From: a virus
Virus record (IMG/VR): IMGVR_UViG_3300025151_000016
Length of the DNA stretch: 64,000 nucleotides
Direction: 5' to 3' (one strand)
The first letter of the stretch is position 1. Each line of letters begins with the position of its first letter. The notes below the pieces were generated by a model, which saw only the letters and a program-made list of their open reading frames with translations, was not told the origin of the DNA and searched no databases. Position numbers and translations under genes: made by a program. Shown piece by piece: positions 1 to 9,592 of the stretch.

Positions 1-10
1 TTTTACATGA

Positions 11-445
11 TTATTTTACGATAAGTTTTGGAAAAGCCTCCTCTACAAGTTTCTTGGTAATTCCTTTTGCTAATGCTTTCTTATCTTTCATAAGAATAAG
101 AAGCTTAGCATCTTTTGGGTGAATACCTTCAAGAATATCAATGAACATACGTTCACGTTTAAACCCCATCATCTGATCACCCACAAGTCCTTTAACGAAG
201 TATTTAAACTTCTTATGTTGATTGTGTAATGTGGAAGGTACAGTTTCTTCCTTGGCAGGTTCATACGGAGGATCACCAGGTGGTAATGACCATTGGACCA
301 GTTCGTCGTATGCGCCGCGGAGTAAGTCTTTTAAAGCCCAAGACTCGTGTTCACGAAGGACGTTTATTTTATCCTGTTTTGTTTTTGCCTTTGAAGCAAG
401 TTCAATTACTTCATAAACGTTTATAGTTCTAGTTTTGGTAACCAT
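11..445 (-). CDS. Conserved hypothetical protein downstream of rnh
   Basis: 144-aa ORF directly abutting rnh; no recognisable catalytic motif. Confidence 0.7.
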   Translation of the reverse strand: MVTKTRTINVYEVIELASKAKTKQDKINVLREHESWALKDLLRGAYDELVQWSLPPGDPPYEPAKEETVPSTLHNQHKKFKYFVKGLVGDQMMGFKRERMFIDILEGIHPKDAKLLILMKDKKALAKGITKKLVEEAFPKLIVK

Positions 446-1288
446 TTAAATAAAGTCCTCAATATCTTCAATCAATCTTTTACATCGTTTAGCCACTAGG
501 TAAGGAAAGACCTTGCCTTTATTATCATGCGTATCTTGGCTTTCAAATGTATTTATAATTTCACTTTTTAGAGCATCAGGTGTTTCATTTAAATCAATTA
601 ATTTTTTGTTACGTAAAAAATTACGATATATTTCTTGTCCTTGTGATTCAGGATTTTCTATTAATTGATCCAATAACTTTTGTCGAAGAGGTGTTTGACG
701 TGTACCTTCTACAAATACATTGTCACCAGACAAGACATTAGGTACGCCATCGGATGTATCGCCTCTTAGAATAAGTTCCATTAACTGTTTCCTAGGATGT
801 TCTATTTTTATATATTTCTTTGTCATAGGAGAATACTGTGACACATTGTCAAATTTCTGCAATTGTGCAAAATCTTTATCAGCAGATATAATCATAACTT
901 TTTCGTATTGACCAAACTCCTGTGTGTTGTAACAAAGCTGGCCAATAATATCATCAGCTTCGCATCCATCGATCTTTAATGTTTTATAGGGGAAGTGTTC
1001 GCCAAGTTCTTCAAACACTAGATTGGTGATACGAAATACTTCGTCCCAATCCATACTTGATTTCTTCCGGCCAATCTTACGAGCTGCTTTGTAATTAGGA
1101 AATGCTTTGTAACGCCAGTTGTTACCTGCGTCAGAGGTGATAACAACTTCACCAAAGTCTTTATGAAAACGTTTACGGTACATACGAATACTATTCAGAA
1201 TCATATGCCTGATAAGGTTTTCATCTATGTCAAGCTTTTGAGTAACAATGTTTCCAATAGCTATTCCATTATAATCAATAATAATCAT
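446..1288 (-). CDS. rnh: T4-type RNase H / 5'-3' exonuclease
   Basis: IIIDYNG, NWR...YKAARK, EADDIIG, ISADKDFAQL, GDTSDGVPN motifs; GGAG RBS before ATG at 1288. Confidence 0.95.
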   Translation of the reverse strand: MIIIDYNGIAIGNIVTQKLDIDENLIRHMILNSIRMYRKRFHKDFGEVVITSDAGNNWRYKAFPNYKAARKIGRKKSSMDWDEVFRITNLVFEELGEHFPYKTLKIDGCEADDIIGQLCYNTQEFGQYEKVMIISADKDFAQLQKFDNVSQYSPMTKKYIKIEHPRKQLMELILRGDTSDGVPNVLSGDNVFVEGTRQTPLRQKLLDQLIENPESQGQEIYRNFLRNKKLIDLNETPDALKSEIINTFESQDTHDNKGKVFPYLVAKRCKRLIEDIEDFI

Positions 1289-1311
1289 TACAAACTCCAT
1301 TCATATTAAGT

Positions 1312-1743
1312 TTATTCTACCACAGTTTCATCTGATTGTAAACCTAAAATATGCTTTCGATGTATTTTTCCTCCAACAAATGCGTTATAGTATTCTTCTG
1401 GTTTGAGTAACACATCGAGTTCAAGTTGATATTTCATTTCATAGTAAGAACATTGCCCTTTGGTCTTACATAACATAAGTATTTCACGATGAAACGCGCC
1501 AGCACCATTCTCTTCTACGAGTAATTGTACTTCTTTGCTAGATCCAAAATACTTACGCCAGTCAGACTCAGTTCTTGTCCTGACTCTACGTTTTCTTTTT
1601 TTCGTTTTTGGTAAAACTTTTGGTTTCCAGAAAAATTTCTTACCGATATATTTCATACCAGTTTCTTTTTCTGTTATTTGATACACGAATCCTTGATACT
1701 CTTCTGGAGTCTCGTCAAATTCTTTTCCATTATAATGCCACAT
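1312..1743 (-). CDS. GIY-YIG family nuclease
   Basis: GFVY...YIGKK, YFGSS, downstream conserved E and YYN. Confidence 0.8.
   Translation of the reverse strand: MWHYNGKEFDETPEEYQGFVYQITEKETGMKYIGKKFFWKPKVLPKTKKRKRRVRTRTESDWRKYFGSSKEVQLLVEENGAGAFHREILMLCKTKGQCSYYEMKYQLELDVLLKPEEYYNAFVGGKIHRKHILGLQSDETVVE
1314..1342 (-). promoter_or_regulatory. Sigma70-type (early) promoter for rnh
   Basis: TTTACA-N17-TAGAAT. Confidence 0.8.
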
Positions 1744-1754
1744 AAGGCTATTTA

Positions 1755-1892
1755 TTAATCGTCTTCAGTTTCTTCAAATTCAGATTCTTCACCACACATA
1801 GGGCAGAACATTGGAACTTCGTCTCCTTCTTCTAATAAGACGTAAGTTACCATATCACAAACGTCACACTCGGTCCAATATTCTTTATCCAT
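1755..1892 (-). CDS. 45-aa rubredoxin-like / zinc-ribbon protein (not in ORF track)
   Basis: Manual translation MDKEYWTECDVCDMVTYVLLEEGDEVPMFCPMCGEESEFEETEDD; CxxC...CPxCG. Confidence 0.8.
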   Translation of the reverse strand: MDKEYWTECDVCDMVTYVLLEEGDEVPMFCPMCGEESEFEETEDD

Positions 1893-2081
1893 TTAGCTTC
1901 CCCATCCAGCGAATTCTTCTTGGTTTTGCATTCTGACATGCCGTGTAGGCAATGTATATTCTTGCTCGCCCAAGCAAACTAAGTTTGGTGATTTTTTTAG
2001 ATATGCCTTTTTCTTTTCATCTGTGTCAAACCGCATAGAAAATGCATCACCATTATTTTTGTTTAAAAAATTATATGTCAT
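1893..2081 (-). CDS. Hypothetical protein
   Basis: 62-aa ORF coupled to both neighbours. Confidence 0.6.
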   Translation of the reverse strand: MTYNFLNKNNGDAFSMRFDTDEKKKAYLKKSPNLVCLGEQEYTLPTRHVRMQNQEEFAGWGS

Positions 2082-2407
2082 TCATGTTCTCCTCCTTGAC
2101 CGCGTAGATTATAGTTTTGTGGAACGTTGCCAGCTTTCTCAGCTTGTTCATGAACTATAGCAGTAATAAAGATTCCACAAATGATTAAAACATGAGCGCC
2201 AGCTGTCCAACCAAATATATAAGGATTGTTTATAATGGCAGCAAAGATCCCGCTCCACATTATTGATAGTATTAGAAACACCATTAAACCAAGTTGAGGT
2301 GGCAAGTTACGTAATGGTGAATGTTCAATAGTCATTATACTTTTCCACCCTTCTTTGAAAACAATCCAGATTGCTATAGGTGGGAATGCTTTAGGACTAT
2401 TTTTCAT
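2078..2407 (-). CDS. Hypothetical membrane protein
   Basis: Two hydrophobic segments; ATGA overlaps with neighbours. Confidence 0.65.
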   Translation of the reverse strand: MKNSPKAFPPIAIWIVFKEGWKSIMTIEHSPLRNLPPQLGLMVFLILSIMWSGIFAAIINNPYIFGWTAGAHVLIICGIFITAIVHEQAEKAGNVPQNYNLRGQGGEHE

Positions 2408-2808
2408 GTTCTATTTCCTCTAAGTGCAAAGAACAATCCACCTACCCATAAGAATACGTGTAAATTGTCGTATAAAATAACATCCATAAAACTATCGGGC
2501 TGGCCTACCCATATAACTCCTGTCATAATACTACAAATTGTAATACCACTAAACCGAGTTATAATATCATTAATTTCTTTTAGCTTCTGCCATATGACAG
2601 CGCCACCTACAAGCAAGCCTATACCAGCACCGATCTCACCGTATGCCGCGAACCACCACACAATATAAGGCAAGTCAAAACTTTCAGCGCCTTCTACTGT
2701 TACGGGTAATTTACTAAAGCCTTGTTGTAAAAACACAATTGCCAAAGGTATTCTTATGAGCCAATGACTCATACAAAAATCAGGTATTTTATTAGAAAGT
2801 AATTTCAC
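2404..2808 (-). CDS. DoxX-family membrane protein
   Basis: LIRIPLAIVFLQQGFSKL and E..AG.GLLVG pattern; 4 hydrophobic helices. Confidence 0.75.
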   Translation of the reverse strand: MKLLSNKIPDFCMSHWLIRIPLAIVFLQQGFSKLPVTVEGAESFDLPYIVWWFAAYGEIGAGIGLLVGGAVIWQKLKEINDIITRFSGITICSIMTGVIWVGQPDSFMDVILYDNLHVFLWVGGLFFALRGNRT

Positions 2809-5017
2809 AGGCGCCTCCTACGCATGCTGCAGAACCAAGTGTGTCTACATCTACATATTTTTTAGTTTCAAGTTGAGAAGCAAAATCTACTGGAGCAAGG
2901 TTCTGTTGAATCTTAGTCCATTTGTGTAAAAGGAACACGTCCTTCAAGCAATACTCAGCTTCTTTTGTATCGCTCATAAAATAATTATCCGCAAACTTTT
3001 TAAAACGACGAATCCACTCTGCACGAATATCAGAAACTTCTCCATGGTTATCATCTGGTAGTTGTGCTATAGAAGTGGCTTCCCATAAGTCGTTGAATCC
3101 TTTGCGTGTATCTACAATTAAGCCAGCAGCAAATAATGCAGCCTTGCCATATTTATTCACTATCTGTTCTTCGGTCAAGACTTCTGTCATAGGTGCTTGA
3201 TTAAAGTCTTTATCACCTGATCCACCAAGGAAAGATATACCAGCATATGCACCACGATTTTCAAAAACATAGTCTTCTACTTCACGCCACTGGTGATCCA
3301 TGACTGTTACAGTATTTGAAACATTATGGCGTAACTTAGGATGTGCACATAGCTTTTCGTTTGTTCCAAACTCTACCCAGTTATTTTGTACTGTGCTTAC
3401 TTTTTCTAAAAGCTTGGTGCCATATAGTTCTTCGCGATATAGTGAACCTTCTGGTGAGATAACAGGAAACGCAACAACATAGTCAGTTTTACCTGCAGAC
3501 CATACTGATTCTTCTACCATGTAAGGATTTGTCTCAGCAATTAGTTGTGAAACTTCTGATTCCTTATTTAATTGCACGTGTCGTAGGTAACGTGGTGAGT
3601 GTTCTGAGTGAATGCCAGAGGCAGTCTGCAACAGCACAGAAGCATTGCCAGAAGGTTTAACGCAGGTAGTACGAGCTGCTTGATTAATACCAATCAACTC
3701 AGCAACATCTTTATTGACTTGCTTTACGATCTCTGCACCTTGTCTTTGAATCTCTTCATCAAAAAGAACTTCAGGATTATTCATCCATCCTGTGATAGAA
3801 ACACCAAGTAATGCTTCACGCTCGAAGATCTTACGTGTTGTGTTTGATACATATTCAAATTTAGTATAACCCGCTTGGAGTGTGCCAAGAATAGCAGCAG
3901 CACGACATGCTTTGAAAAACTCTTCTTTGCTTGTACACTTGCCGCCATTGATTTCTGTGAGGTTACAACCCTGCCAGCCAGACTTACCATTGAGTTGTGG
4001 GTACATCCCAATCTCAACACATGGGTTTGTAGTAAAGTCTTTGTCCTCAACGAAATAAAAACCTGGTTCGCCAAACTCTTTGATTGATGTCATGAGATTA
4101 GAGAACTCTTCCTTTGTAACTTCTTTACGAACAATGACAGCTGAGTTGTTTGAACGACCACGTTGTGGATTATCAATAAACCAGTTACCTGTTTTTGCTT
4201 TCATCATTTCTTCATCATCAGGTGAGAATAAACAAATTGTTGCTGAACGACGAACACCACCTGATAATACAGCATCAGCAGCATGCATAGCAATATCATA
4301 TACTTCAATTGGTTTTAATGTATTACGACCTGATAGAACAATACCTTGTAACATATGTTCAATCTTATCTAATGTACGACGTAATGGTTCTGGTCCTGGA
4401 GCTTTGAAGCCACCAGAAATCATAGCACCTTTTGGACGAATCGCTGATAAGTCAAAGTAAATCTTACGGCCTTCAAATTCTGGATGAGTACCGCCACCTA
4501 CAAAATAAGAAGACATTAGAACTGAAAGAGAATCTGCCCAACCTTCGATTGAATCTTCTATATTAAAACCTTTTGCCTGCTTCTTACGTTCTTGTAACTT
4601 AGGCATCTTTTCAACGTGATGTTTTTGTACAGAGAATCCAGCACCTGCACCACAAAGTAAAATATAAAATAGCTCACCAAAGAATGCAGCGCGGTCTGCA
4701 TATGTTGAAGTACAGTTGTACATCTTCATAGGTTTCTTGAGTAGTTGCTCACCACCAAACTGAAGAGCACGTTGTGCACCAAGAGCATACTTTAATTTGT
4801 AAAGGGATTCAGCTTCATCAATTAGCTGTGATAGTTCAGGAGACATTCTCTTTTTATAATAGGTACGATGCATACCCATAACACGAGTAACTGCTTCTTC
4901 CCATGTTTCGTATCGCTCGTTATCTTCATCCCATCTACTATAACCTTCATAAAATTTAGTATCAGACATCATGGCACGTGTATTTCTGTCTGGATTGTTT
5001 GGGATAAGTTTGAGCAT
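2792..5017 (-). CDS. nrdJ: Ribonucleotide reductase, probably class II (adenosylcobalamin-dependent, monomeric RTPR type)
   Basis: YNC, GAGFSV, TNPCVEI, CNLTEIN, TCVKPSG, C-terminal CVGGAC; no class I YY pair and no adjacent beta-subunit gene; GGAG RBS before ATG at 5017. Confidence 0.8.
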   Translation of the reverse strand: MLKLIPNNPDRNTRAMMSDTKFYEGYSRWDEDNERYETWEEAVTRVMGMHRTYYKKRMSPELSQLIDEAESLYKLKYALGAQRALQFGGEQLLKKPMKMYNCTSTYADRAAFFGELFYILLCGAGAGFSVQKHHVEKMPKLQERKKQAKGFNIEDSIEGWADSLSVLMSSYFVGGGTHPEFEGRKIYFDLSAIRPKGAMISGGFKAPGPEPLRRTLDKIEHMLQGIVLSGRNTLKPIEVYDIAMHAADAVLSGGVRRSATICLFSPDDEEMMKAKTGNWFIDNPQRGRSNNSAVIVRKEVTKEEFSNLMTSIKEFGEPGFYFVEDKDFTTNPCVEIGMYPQLNGKSGWQGCNLTEINGGKCTSKEEFFKACRAAAILGTLQAGYTKFEYVSNTTRKIFEREALLGVSITGWMNNPEVLFDEEIQRQGAEIVKQVNKDVAELIGINQAARTTCVKPSGNASVLLQTASGIHSEHSPRYLRHVQLNKESEVSQLIAETNPYMVEESVWSAGKTDYVVAFPVISPEGSLYREELYGTKLLEKVSTVQNNWVEFGTNEKLCAHPKLRHNVSNTVTVMDHQWREVEDYVFENRGAYAGISFLGGSGDKDFNQAPMTEVLTEEQIVNKYGKAALFAAGLIVDTRKGFNDLWEATSIAQLPDDNHGEVSDIRAEWIRRFKKFADNYFMSDTKEAEYCLKDVFLLHKWTKIQQNLAPVDFASQLETKKYVDVDTLGSAACVGGACEITF

Positions 5018-5101
5018 GTATATTCTCCTAGAAAACAGTATAAAAAAAATACAACACGCGAAATGCATGCTATATGTTGTTAGTCATTTTTTGTTGATAG
5101 T

Positions 5102-5130
5102 ATTATATATTACTTTTCAGATTTTGAAAA
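5102..5130 (-). promoter_or_regulatory. Sigma70-type promoter for RNR
   Basis: TTTTCA-N17-TATAAT preceded by TTTAGGGG as in other copies. Confidence 0.65.
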
Positions 5131-5170
5131 CCCCTAAAGTGAAAAAAAATAAAAAAAATAAATTTTATTA

Positions 5171-5237
5171 TTTTAGGGGTTTACTTTCTAGAAAAACTGT
5201 ATATAATTTAAAGGTATCCTTTAAGGTGGATGGAGTA
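5171..5237 (+). repeat. Antisense-oriented promoter plus hairpin element, copy 1
   Basis: TTTACT-N16-TATAAT then TTAAAGG-TAT-CCTTTAA; 31 nt (5193-5223) identical to 54604-54634. Confidence 0.8.
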
Positions 5238-5645
5238 TCACTCAGGTTTCATCGCACCGTCAAGAGCATCTTCAGCTTGCTTATAGTAACTTTCATAAGC
5301 TAAGATAATAGCTTGCTGTTGCTGGACCATTGCACGTATATCACTAAAGTTTAAACCTAGATTCTCGTAACCTTCGCCGCTGAGTCCAAATATAGCAATA
5401 GGTTGACCAGTGCCACGAAGCTCTGTGAGTTTTTGTTCTAAATTTTCTTCTGTGATAATAACCCAATCTACTGGACGCATATTGAGTTCATCTACTGGAG
5501 GTAGATTAAGTTGTGGTTTTTCTACCGGTTTAGCGCTAACCGCTATTTCCCGTGGTGGCTGTCCCGCTAGACTGCACCCCATCAGACTTAGGACCAGGCC
5601 AAAGCCAAGGACACTCTTTATTAAATTGTTCCGCGTCAGTTGCAT
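5238..5645 (-). CDS. o-spanin (Rz1-like lipoprotein)
   Basis: Signal peptide with lipobox LMGC, Pro-rich segment; overlaps 3' end of upstream TM/coiled-coil gene. Confidence 0.7.
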   Translation of the reverse strand: MQLTRNNLIKSVLGFGLVLSLMGCSLAGQPPREIAVSAKPVEKPQLNLPPVDELNMRPVDWVIITEENLEQKLTELRGTGQPIAIFGLSGEGYENLGLNFSDIRAMVQQQQAIILAYESYYKQAEDALDGAMKPE

Positions 5646-6042
5646 TCATTTCATCCTCTGTTAATTCCGCTCCAGATAATATTTCAAAGCACCGACCAGC
5701 GTTTACAGTTCCTCTGTTAATCGCTCGTTCAATGCTATCAGTTTTCTCAACTGCTAATAGGCCTAAGTCCATATCAGCAAGTTTACTTGATAACCTACTA
5801 TTCTGTTTACGGATGTCCGCATATGCTTTATTAATTTTATTATTTTCTTCCATTACAGCAGCATAATTCTCTTTTAAAGAATTTATGGCTTCTTCGCTTG
5901 TTGCGACTGCTATTTCAAGTTTGGCATTATTGCCTGCTAAAACACGAATCGTTTCTTGAGTCGTTATGTAATATGTATACGCGCTATATGCAGCGGCGCT
6001 CAAGGATCCGATTATGAATAGCATTAGATATAATCTAAGCAT
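5536..6042 (-). CDS. i-spanin (Rz-like)
   Basis: N-terminal TM helix, long coiled coil, C-terminal Cys; overlapping lipoprotein gene. Confidence 0.7.
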   Translation of the reverse strand: MLRLYLMLFIIGSLSAAAYSAYTYYITTQETIRVLAGNNAKLEIAVATSEEAINSLKENYAAVMEENNKINKAYADIRKQNSRLSSKLADMDLGLLAVEKTDSIERAINRGTVNAGRCFEILSGAELTEDEMNATDAEQFNKECPWLWPGPKSDGVQSSGTATTGNSG

Positions 6043-6211
6043 CTTTCTGATCTTCCATATATTTTCTAAATCGTTTTAAAAGAACTGGATGTTTATCTTT
6101 TCGTCTACGGCGATCTGTTACGTTGGTAGTTTTAAACCTAGCCGTTGGTGGCAATGCTACCGAAGCGTTACCGATTGATGTAGCTGGAGATTCTTCTTCT
6201 ATTTTTTTCAT
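6035..6211 (-). CDS. 58-aa basic hypothetical protein (not in ORF track)
   Basis: MKKIEEESPATSIGNASVALPPTARFKTTNVTDRRRRKDKHPVLLKRFRKYMEDQKDA; TAATG overlap with upstream stop. Confidence 0.65.
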   Translation of the reverse strand: MKKIEEESPATSIGNASVALPPTARFKTTNVTDRRRRKDKHPVLLKRFRKYMEDQKDA

Positions 6212-6774
6212 TAGATTAACTCATCAACTGTTACGTATACTTTTTGGTTTGTTTTTATATGAATCGCTTCATATATATTCATCCCAAATACATCACCAAC
6301 CGGATGAGCATCTTCGCCTACACGAATACCGTCTTTAGGGTTTACATATTCATCCAATGTCTTGCACAATAGTTTTTCATATCTCACTTTATAAGTTCCG
6401 GGAGATAACCTACCATCTTCCAGAATAAACCACTGCGATGATTCCACCATAATATCACTGATGTCTAGACCTAAGTCTTTCAAACCTTGTTCTAGTTTTG
6501 CATCTTTTATATTATAATGGTCTTTGAGCAAGTAAAGAGCTGAGGCATAAGATCCGATCTTACCTGCTGGTATTAATTTTTTTATATTGAAAACGAGTCT
6601 ATGGAAAGGTGTGTAGGCATCTCTTTCTTCTGCAGACTCCGGGCGCTTTTGCTTCTTACCTTTTTCATCAATAAGACCAAGCTCAAACGCTTTAGTGTCC
6701 TTAAAACTCGTGACAAGTAATTTAAGGAATCTAAAGGTGTAGACTAAATCACCGGCTCTTTTAATAATGCCCAT
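6211..6774 (-). CDS. Conserved hypothetical T4-like phage protein
   Basis: 187-aa ORF with AFELGLIDEKGK and YTPFHRLVFNIKK blocks; coupled to neighbours. Confidence 0.7.
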   Translation of the reverse strand: MGIIKRAGDLVYTFRFLKLLVTSFKDTKAFELGLIDEKGKKQKRPESAEERDAYTPFHRLVFNIKKLIPAGKIGSYASALYLLKDHYNIKDAKLEQGLKDLGLDISDIMVESSQWFILEDGRLSPGTYKVRYEKLLCKTLDEYVNPKDGIRVGEDAHPVGDVFGMNIYEAIHIKTNQKVYVTVDELI

Positions 6775-7142
6775 TAAATTTTCCTTAGTGCATCTACTAC
6801 AGTTTGATCCATAGTGATATTTGTATACTGATCATTACGAATATAATTCAAAAATATTAAAAATGGTTTTACAATAGGCCAGTGTTTCTTATTAAGTTTT
6901 AATTCTAAAATATTCAATGCAGCCTCAATACCAAATACGTTAAAGACAACAATCAGGTGATTTAAAACTAGACGTTCTGCCAATGTGCCTGTTTCAATAT
7001 AACGATTACATAATCTTTTTATATATTTGAATCTATTTAAATCTTCTGTAAATTCTTCTGCATCAATAAACTTTGGATTGTAGTAGTTCTTTGCAGCGTA
7101 TATAAACAGATTGTCGTCTGATAATTCAATTTTCATTTTCAA
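6774..7142 (-). CDS. Conserved hypothetical T4-like phage protein
   Basis: YAAKNYYNP...EF.EDL.RFKYIKRL...ERLVLNH pattern. Confidence 0.7.
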   Translation of the reverse strand: MKMKIELSDDNLFIYAAKNYYNPKFIDAEEFTEDLNRFKYIKRLCNRYIETGTLAERLVLNHLIVVFNVFGIEAALNILELKLNKKHWPIVKPFLIFLNYIRNDQYTNITMDQTVVDALRKI

Positions 7143-7168
7143 TACCTAATTAGACTATTCAAGTCTAT

Positions 7169-7549
7169 TTAGGCGTTCATGAAAGCTTCTAAATCTTCTA
7201 ACATTCCAGCTTTTGTTTTACGACGATCTAATTCGATTCCTACGGTTCTACCATATATCTCAAGTTCACGCTTATTCATATCACAAAGGCAAGGATCGTT
7301 ATCACAGTTTTCATTATCGCACTCATCATTGTCTTCATCATTTACGTACATCTCTAACTTATCGTCAGACATTACATGTGATACAGGTTCAGGCGGAGGT
7401 GGAGGTGGAGCAGCCGCTTCAACTCTTTCTCCAAAAAACTCAGCAATGAATGATTCCGGAATTTTTTGAGATTTTAACAATTCACCCGTCTTTGGGTCGA
7501 TCCATCCTCTTGTAGTTGGATGTGAGCCTTTCGGTCCTTTTATAGCCAT
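7169..7549 (-). CDS. Hypothetical protein (poly-Pro linker, Cys/acidic patch)
   Basis: 126-aa ORF; C-terminal GIELDRRKTK helix-loop-helix-like segment. Confidence 0.65.
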   Translation of the reverse strand: MAIKGPKGSHPTTRGWIDPKTGELLKSQKIPESFIAEFFGERVEAAAPPPPPPEPVSHVMSDDKLEMYVNDEDNDECDNENCDNDPCLCDMNKRELEIYGRTVGIELDRRKTKAGMLEDLEAFMNA

Positions 7550-7563
7550 GATTACATTATCCT

Positions 7564-8244
7564 TTATGCTTCGGTTGATTTAATTATACTTTTGTCTCCG
7601 CTCTTATTGTCGTTTGGACGACCAGGTCCTGCTTTAACTCCAGCTGCTGCATTCTTTATTGTGTCTGCTGCTGCCTTAGCGCCGTCAATACCAGAGTCAG
7701 TTCCTTCAAGACCGCCATGTTTAGCAACGAAATCTTTTTCACCTTTTGATGCTTTTGAATCAATCGCCTCGGGTGGTGTTGCACCTTTTACATGGTCAGC
7801 ACGATTTCCTGCTTTTTCCATGATGCGGTCAAAGATTGGTCGTCTTGATTCTTGCTTCTCAGACATTTCTGTATCTTTACTATTATCTTTTAGTTCTGGC
7901 TTAGTGTTAACAACTTCTTTTCCATTTTTCATTGATTTAGAAATTGCTTTCCTACGTTTGTGTAAAAATTTATCACTCGCATCAACATCTCCATCGTTAT
8001 CGATGTCTTTGTCTTTACGGTCTGAGTGTTTACCCTTTAATTCTTTTTTATCTACAGGGTCCATTGCTTCGTTTGCTTCGTTCTTACCAGGTACTTTAAA
8101 GGGTGGCTTTGGTAATGTTACCGCTGCTTTACCTTTTTCTGATGAAGCTGATGCTTTCGCTAGCTTCTTTGCTAATGCTGCTTTTTGGTTTTCTTGGACC
8201 TCGGCCCAAGCTGCCGCAACATTTTTTATGTCTTTAGTTTTCAT
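7564..8244 (-). CDS. Lys-rich hypothetical, probable internal head protein
   Basis: DKDIDNDGDVDASD EF-hand-like loop; RBS before MKTKDIK. Confidence 0.6.
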   Translation of the reverse strand: MKTKDIKNVAAAWAEVQENQKAALAKKLAKASASSEKGKAAVTLPKPPFKVPGKNEANEAMDPVDKKELKGKHSDRKDKDIDNDGDVDASDKFLHKRRKAISKSMKNGKEVVNTKPELKDNSKDTEMSEKQESRRPIFDRIMEKAGNRADHVKGATPPEAIDSKASKGEKDFVAKHGGLEGTDSGIDGAKAAADTIKNAAAGVKAGPGRPNDNKSGDKSIIKSTEA

Positions 8245-8255
8245 TTTGGTTTCCT

Positions 8256-8531
8256 TTACATCCAAACTTGGGCTGCGTATGCTCCTGCAACAGCAATCAT
8301 TGCTATCCAGAATAGTTTATTTATTACATGCACTACTCGTGCGTTATCATCTACTTTACTCTCAATCTCATCTAACTTCTGAGAAAAACGATTAAGTCTT
8401 TCATAAGTTCGATCATGATCTTCTTTCAATCCTACTAATTTTTCTTCGGCGCGCGCCATAGCCACCATAGCTTCCGCTAGCTTATCGAGTTTATTCTCGA
8501 TGTTGTCTAATCTTGTATTTGTGGTAGCCAT
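8256..8531 (-). CDS. Coiled-coil protein with C-terminal TM helix
   Basis: Heptad pattern followed by hydrophobic LFWIAMIAVAGAYAA. Confidence 0.65.
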   Translation of the reverse strand: MATTNTRLDNIENKLDKLAEAMVAMARAEEKLVGLKEDHDRTYERLNRFSQKLDEIESKVDDNARVVHVINKLFWIAMIAVAGAYAAQVWM

Positions 8532-8545
8532 CTTATACCTATTTA

Positions 8546-8926
8546 TTATCCGCCAAACTCATGGCCTGCGACTCGCTTCATCTGTTTATTAAACTCAGAC
8601 TGCGATGGTTTTTCTTTATATAATTTAATTGAGATCTCAGGACGATCTTTACCTTTGATTCTCCAATTATAACCTTTATCCTTATGTTCTGGCTTGGTAG
8701 TCTTTACAACTCTACGTTTATAACCAGCAGCCCAAGACTCAGAACCTTCTTTCATTTTATTTGTTTTTCTAAACTTTGCAAGATCTTTTTCAGCTTCTTT
8801 TCTTCGAGCAGTTGCAGCTGCGGCATCTCTTTGACGATCTGCGTCTGTTCTACCACTCGCTTTATTGACTACTCTTAATAGTCTTTTCCTTGCCATTCCT
8901 TCTGAAAACGATTTAAATGTTTGCAT
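8546..8926 (-). CDS. Putative internal head protein
   Basis: N-terminus MQTFKSFSE resembles T4 capsid-targeting sequence; basic. Confidence 0.6.
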   Translation of the reverse strand: MQTFKSFSEGMARKRLLRVVNKASGRTDADRQRDAAAATARRKEAEKDLAKFRKTNKMKEGSESWAAGYKRRVVKTTKPEHKDKGYNWRIKGKDRPEISIKLYKEKPSQSEFNKQMKRVAGHEFGG

Positions 8927-9282
8927 TAGTTATCTACCTTTGCTCCACCGCGCCACTGGTAACAAGACCAGTATCTTGCTTTATACTTTGGTCCTGGATT
9001 ATCACAGTTATGTCTTGCTCTAAAAGATTTTCTCCGAGCTGGATCATCTCTTTTAATCTCCATATTAGGATCGCCGAAGCGAACAACTACGACTTTACCA
9101 TTCGGACCCATTGTGTACACTTTAAACTTCTTATTAGGATTTTCAGAAGTACGAATAGGATCGTTTAATTTTACTTTTTTACCTTGATACTCTGCTTCAG
9201 TAATCTCCATATCTTCGTACAGATTACATTCTTCACAAACCTGATCAATCTCATCGGCCCTATTCTGCTTGAACGTTTTCAT
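8926..9282 (-). CDS. Putative internal head protein
   Basis: MKTFKQ N-terminus; C-terminal VRFGDP...RRKSFRARHNC...ARYWSC domain. Confidence 0.6.
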   Translation of the reverse strand: MKTFKQNRADEIDQVCEECNLYEDMEITEAEYQGKKVKLNDPIRTSENPNKKFKVYTMGPNGKVVVVRFGDPNMEIKRDDPARRKSFRARHNCDNPGPKYKARYWSCYQWRGGAKVDN

Positions 9283-9582
9283 TTAAAACATCTTCTTGTA
9301 TCTAAGACGACTAGCTGCGCCGTGTCGCAGTGCATCTTGTGGTTTACTTCGCGCTTTACCTTTTGCAGCAGACATACCAGTATCTGACATCCTGCCTTTA
9401 TCATATGCCTTTTTAATACCAGCATCAGATCCTCGTGCTGGTTTATTTGTTGCTCTACCGCCAGGTTCATTGAATTGACGAGTATCTTGTTCTCCAGAAC
9501 GATAAGCTTTTTTCAATTGAGCTTTACGATCAGTTCCAGATCCTTTTATCGAGGCTTCTCGAAATTCTAAAAATGTTTTCAT
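9283..9582 (-). CDS. Putative internal head protein
   Basis: MKTFLEFRE N-terminus; basic. Confidence 0.6.
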   Translation of the reverse strand: MKTFLEFREASIKGSGTDRKAQLKKAYRSGEQDTRQFNEPGGRATNKPARGSDAGIKKAYDKGRMSDTGMSAAKGKARSKPQDALRHGAASRLRYKKMF

Positions 9583-9592
9583 GGCCGTGTTC

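Noticed and set aside
5018-5100. Cobalamin riboswitch before the class II RNR
   Set aside because: Leader is too short and no B12-box is recognisable
7592-8395. 267-aa plus-strand ORF and the many other plus-strand ORFs in the track
   Set aside because: Antisense shadows of well-supported minus-strand genes; S/F/L-rich, with no RBS or recognisable motifs
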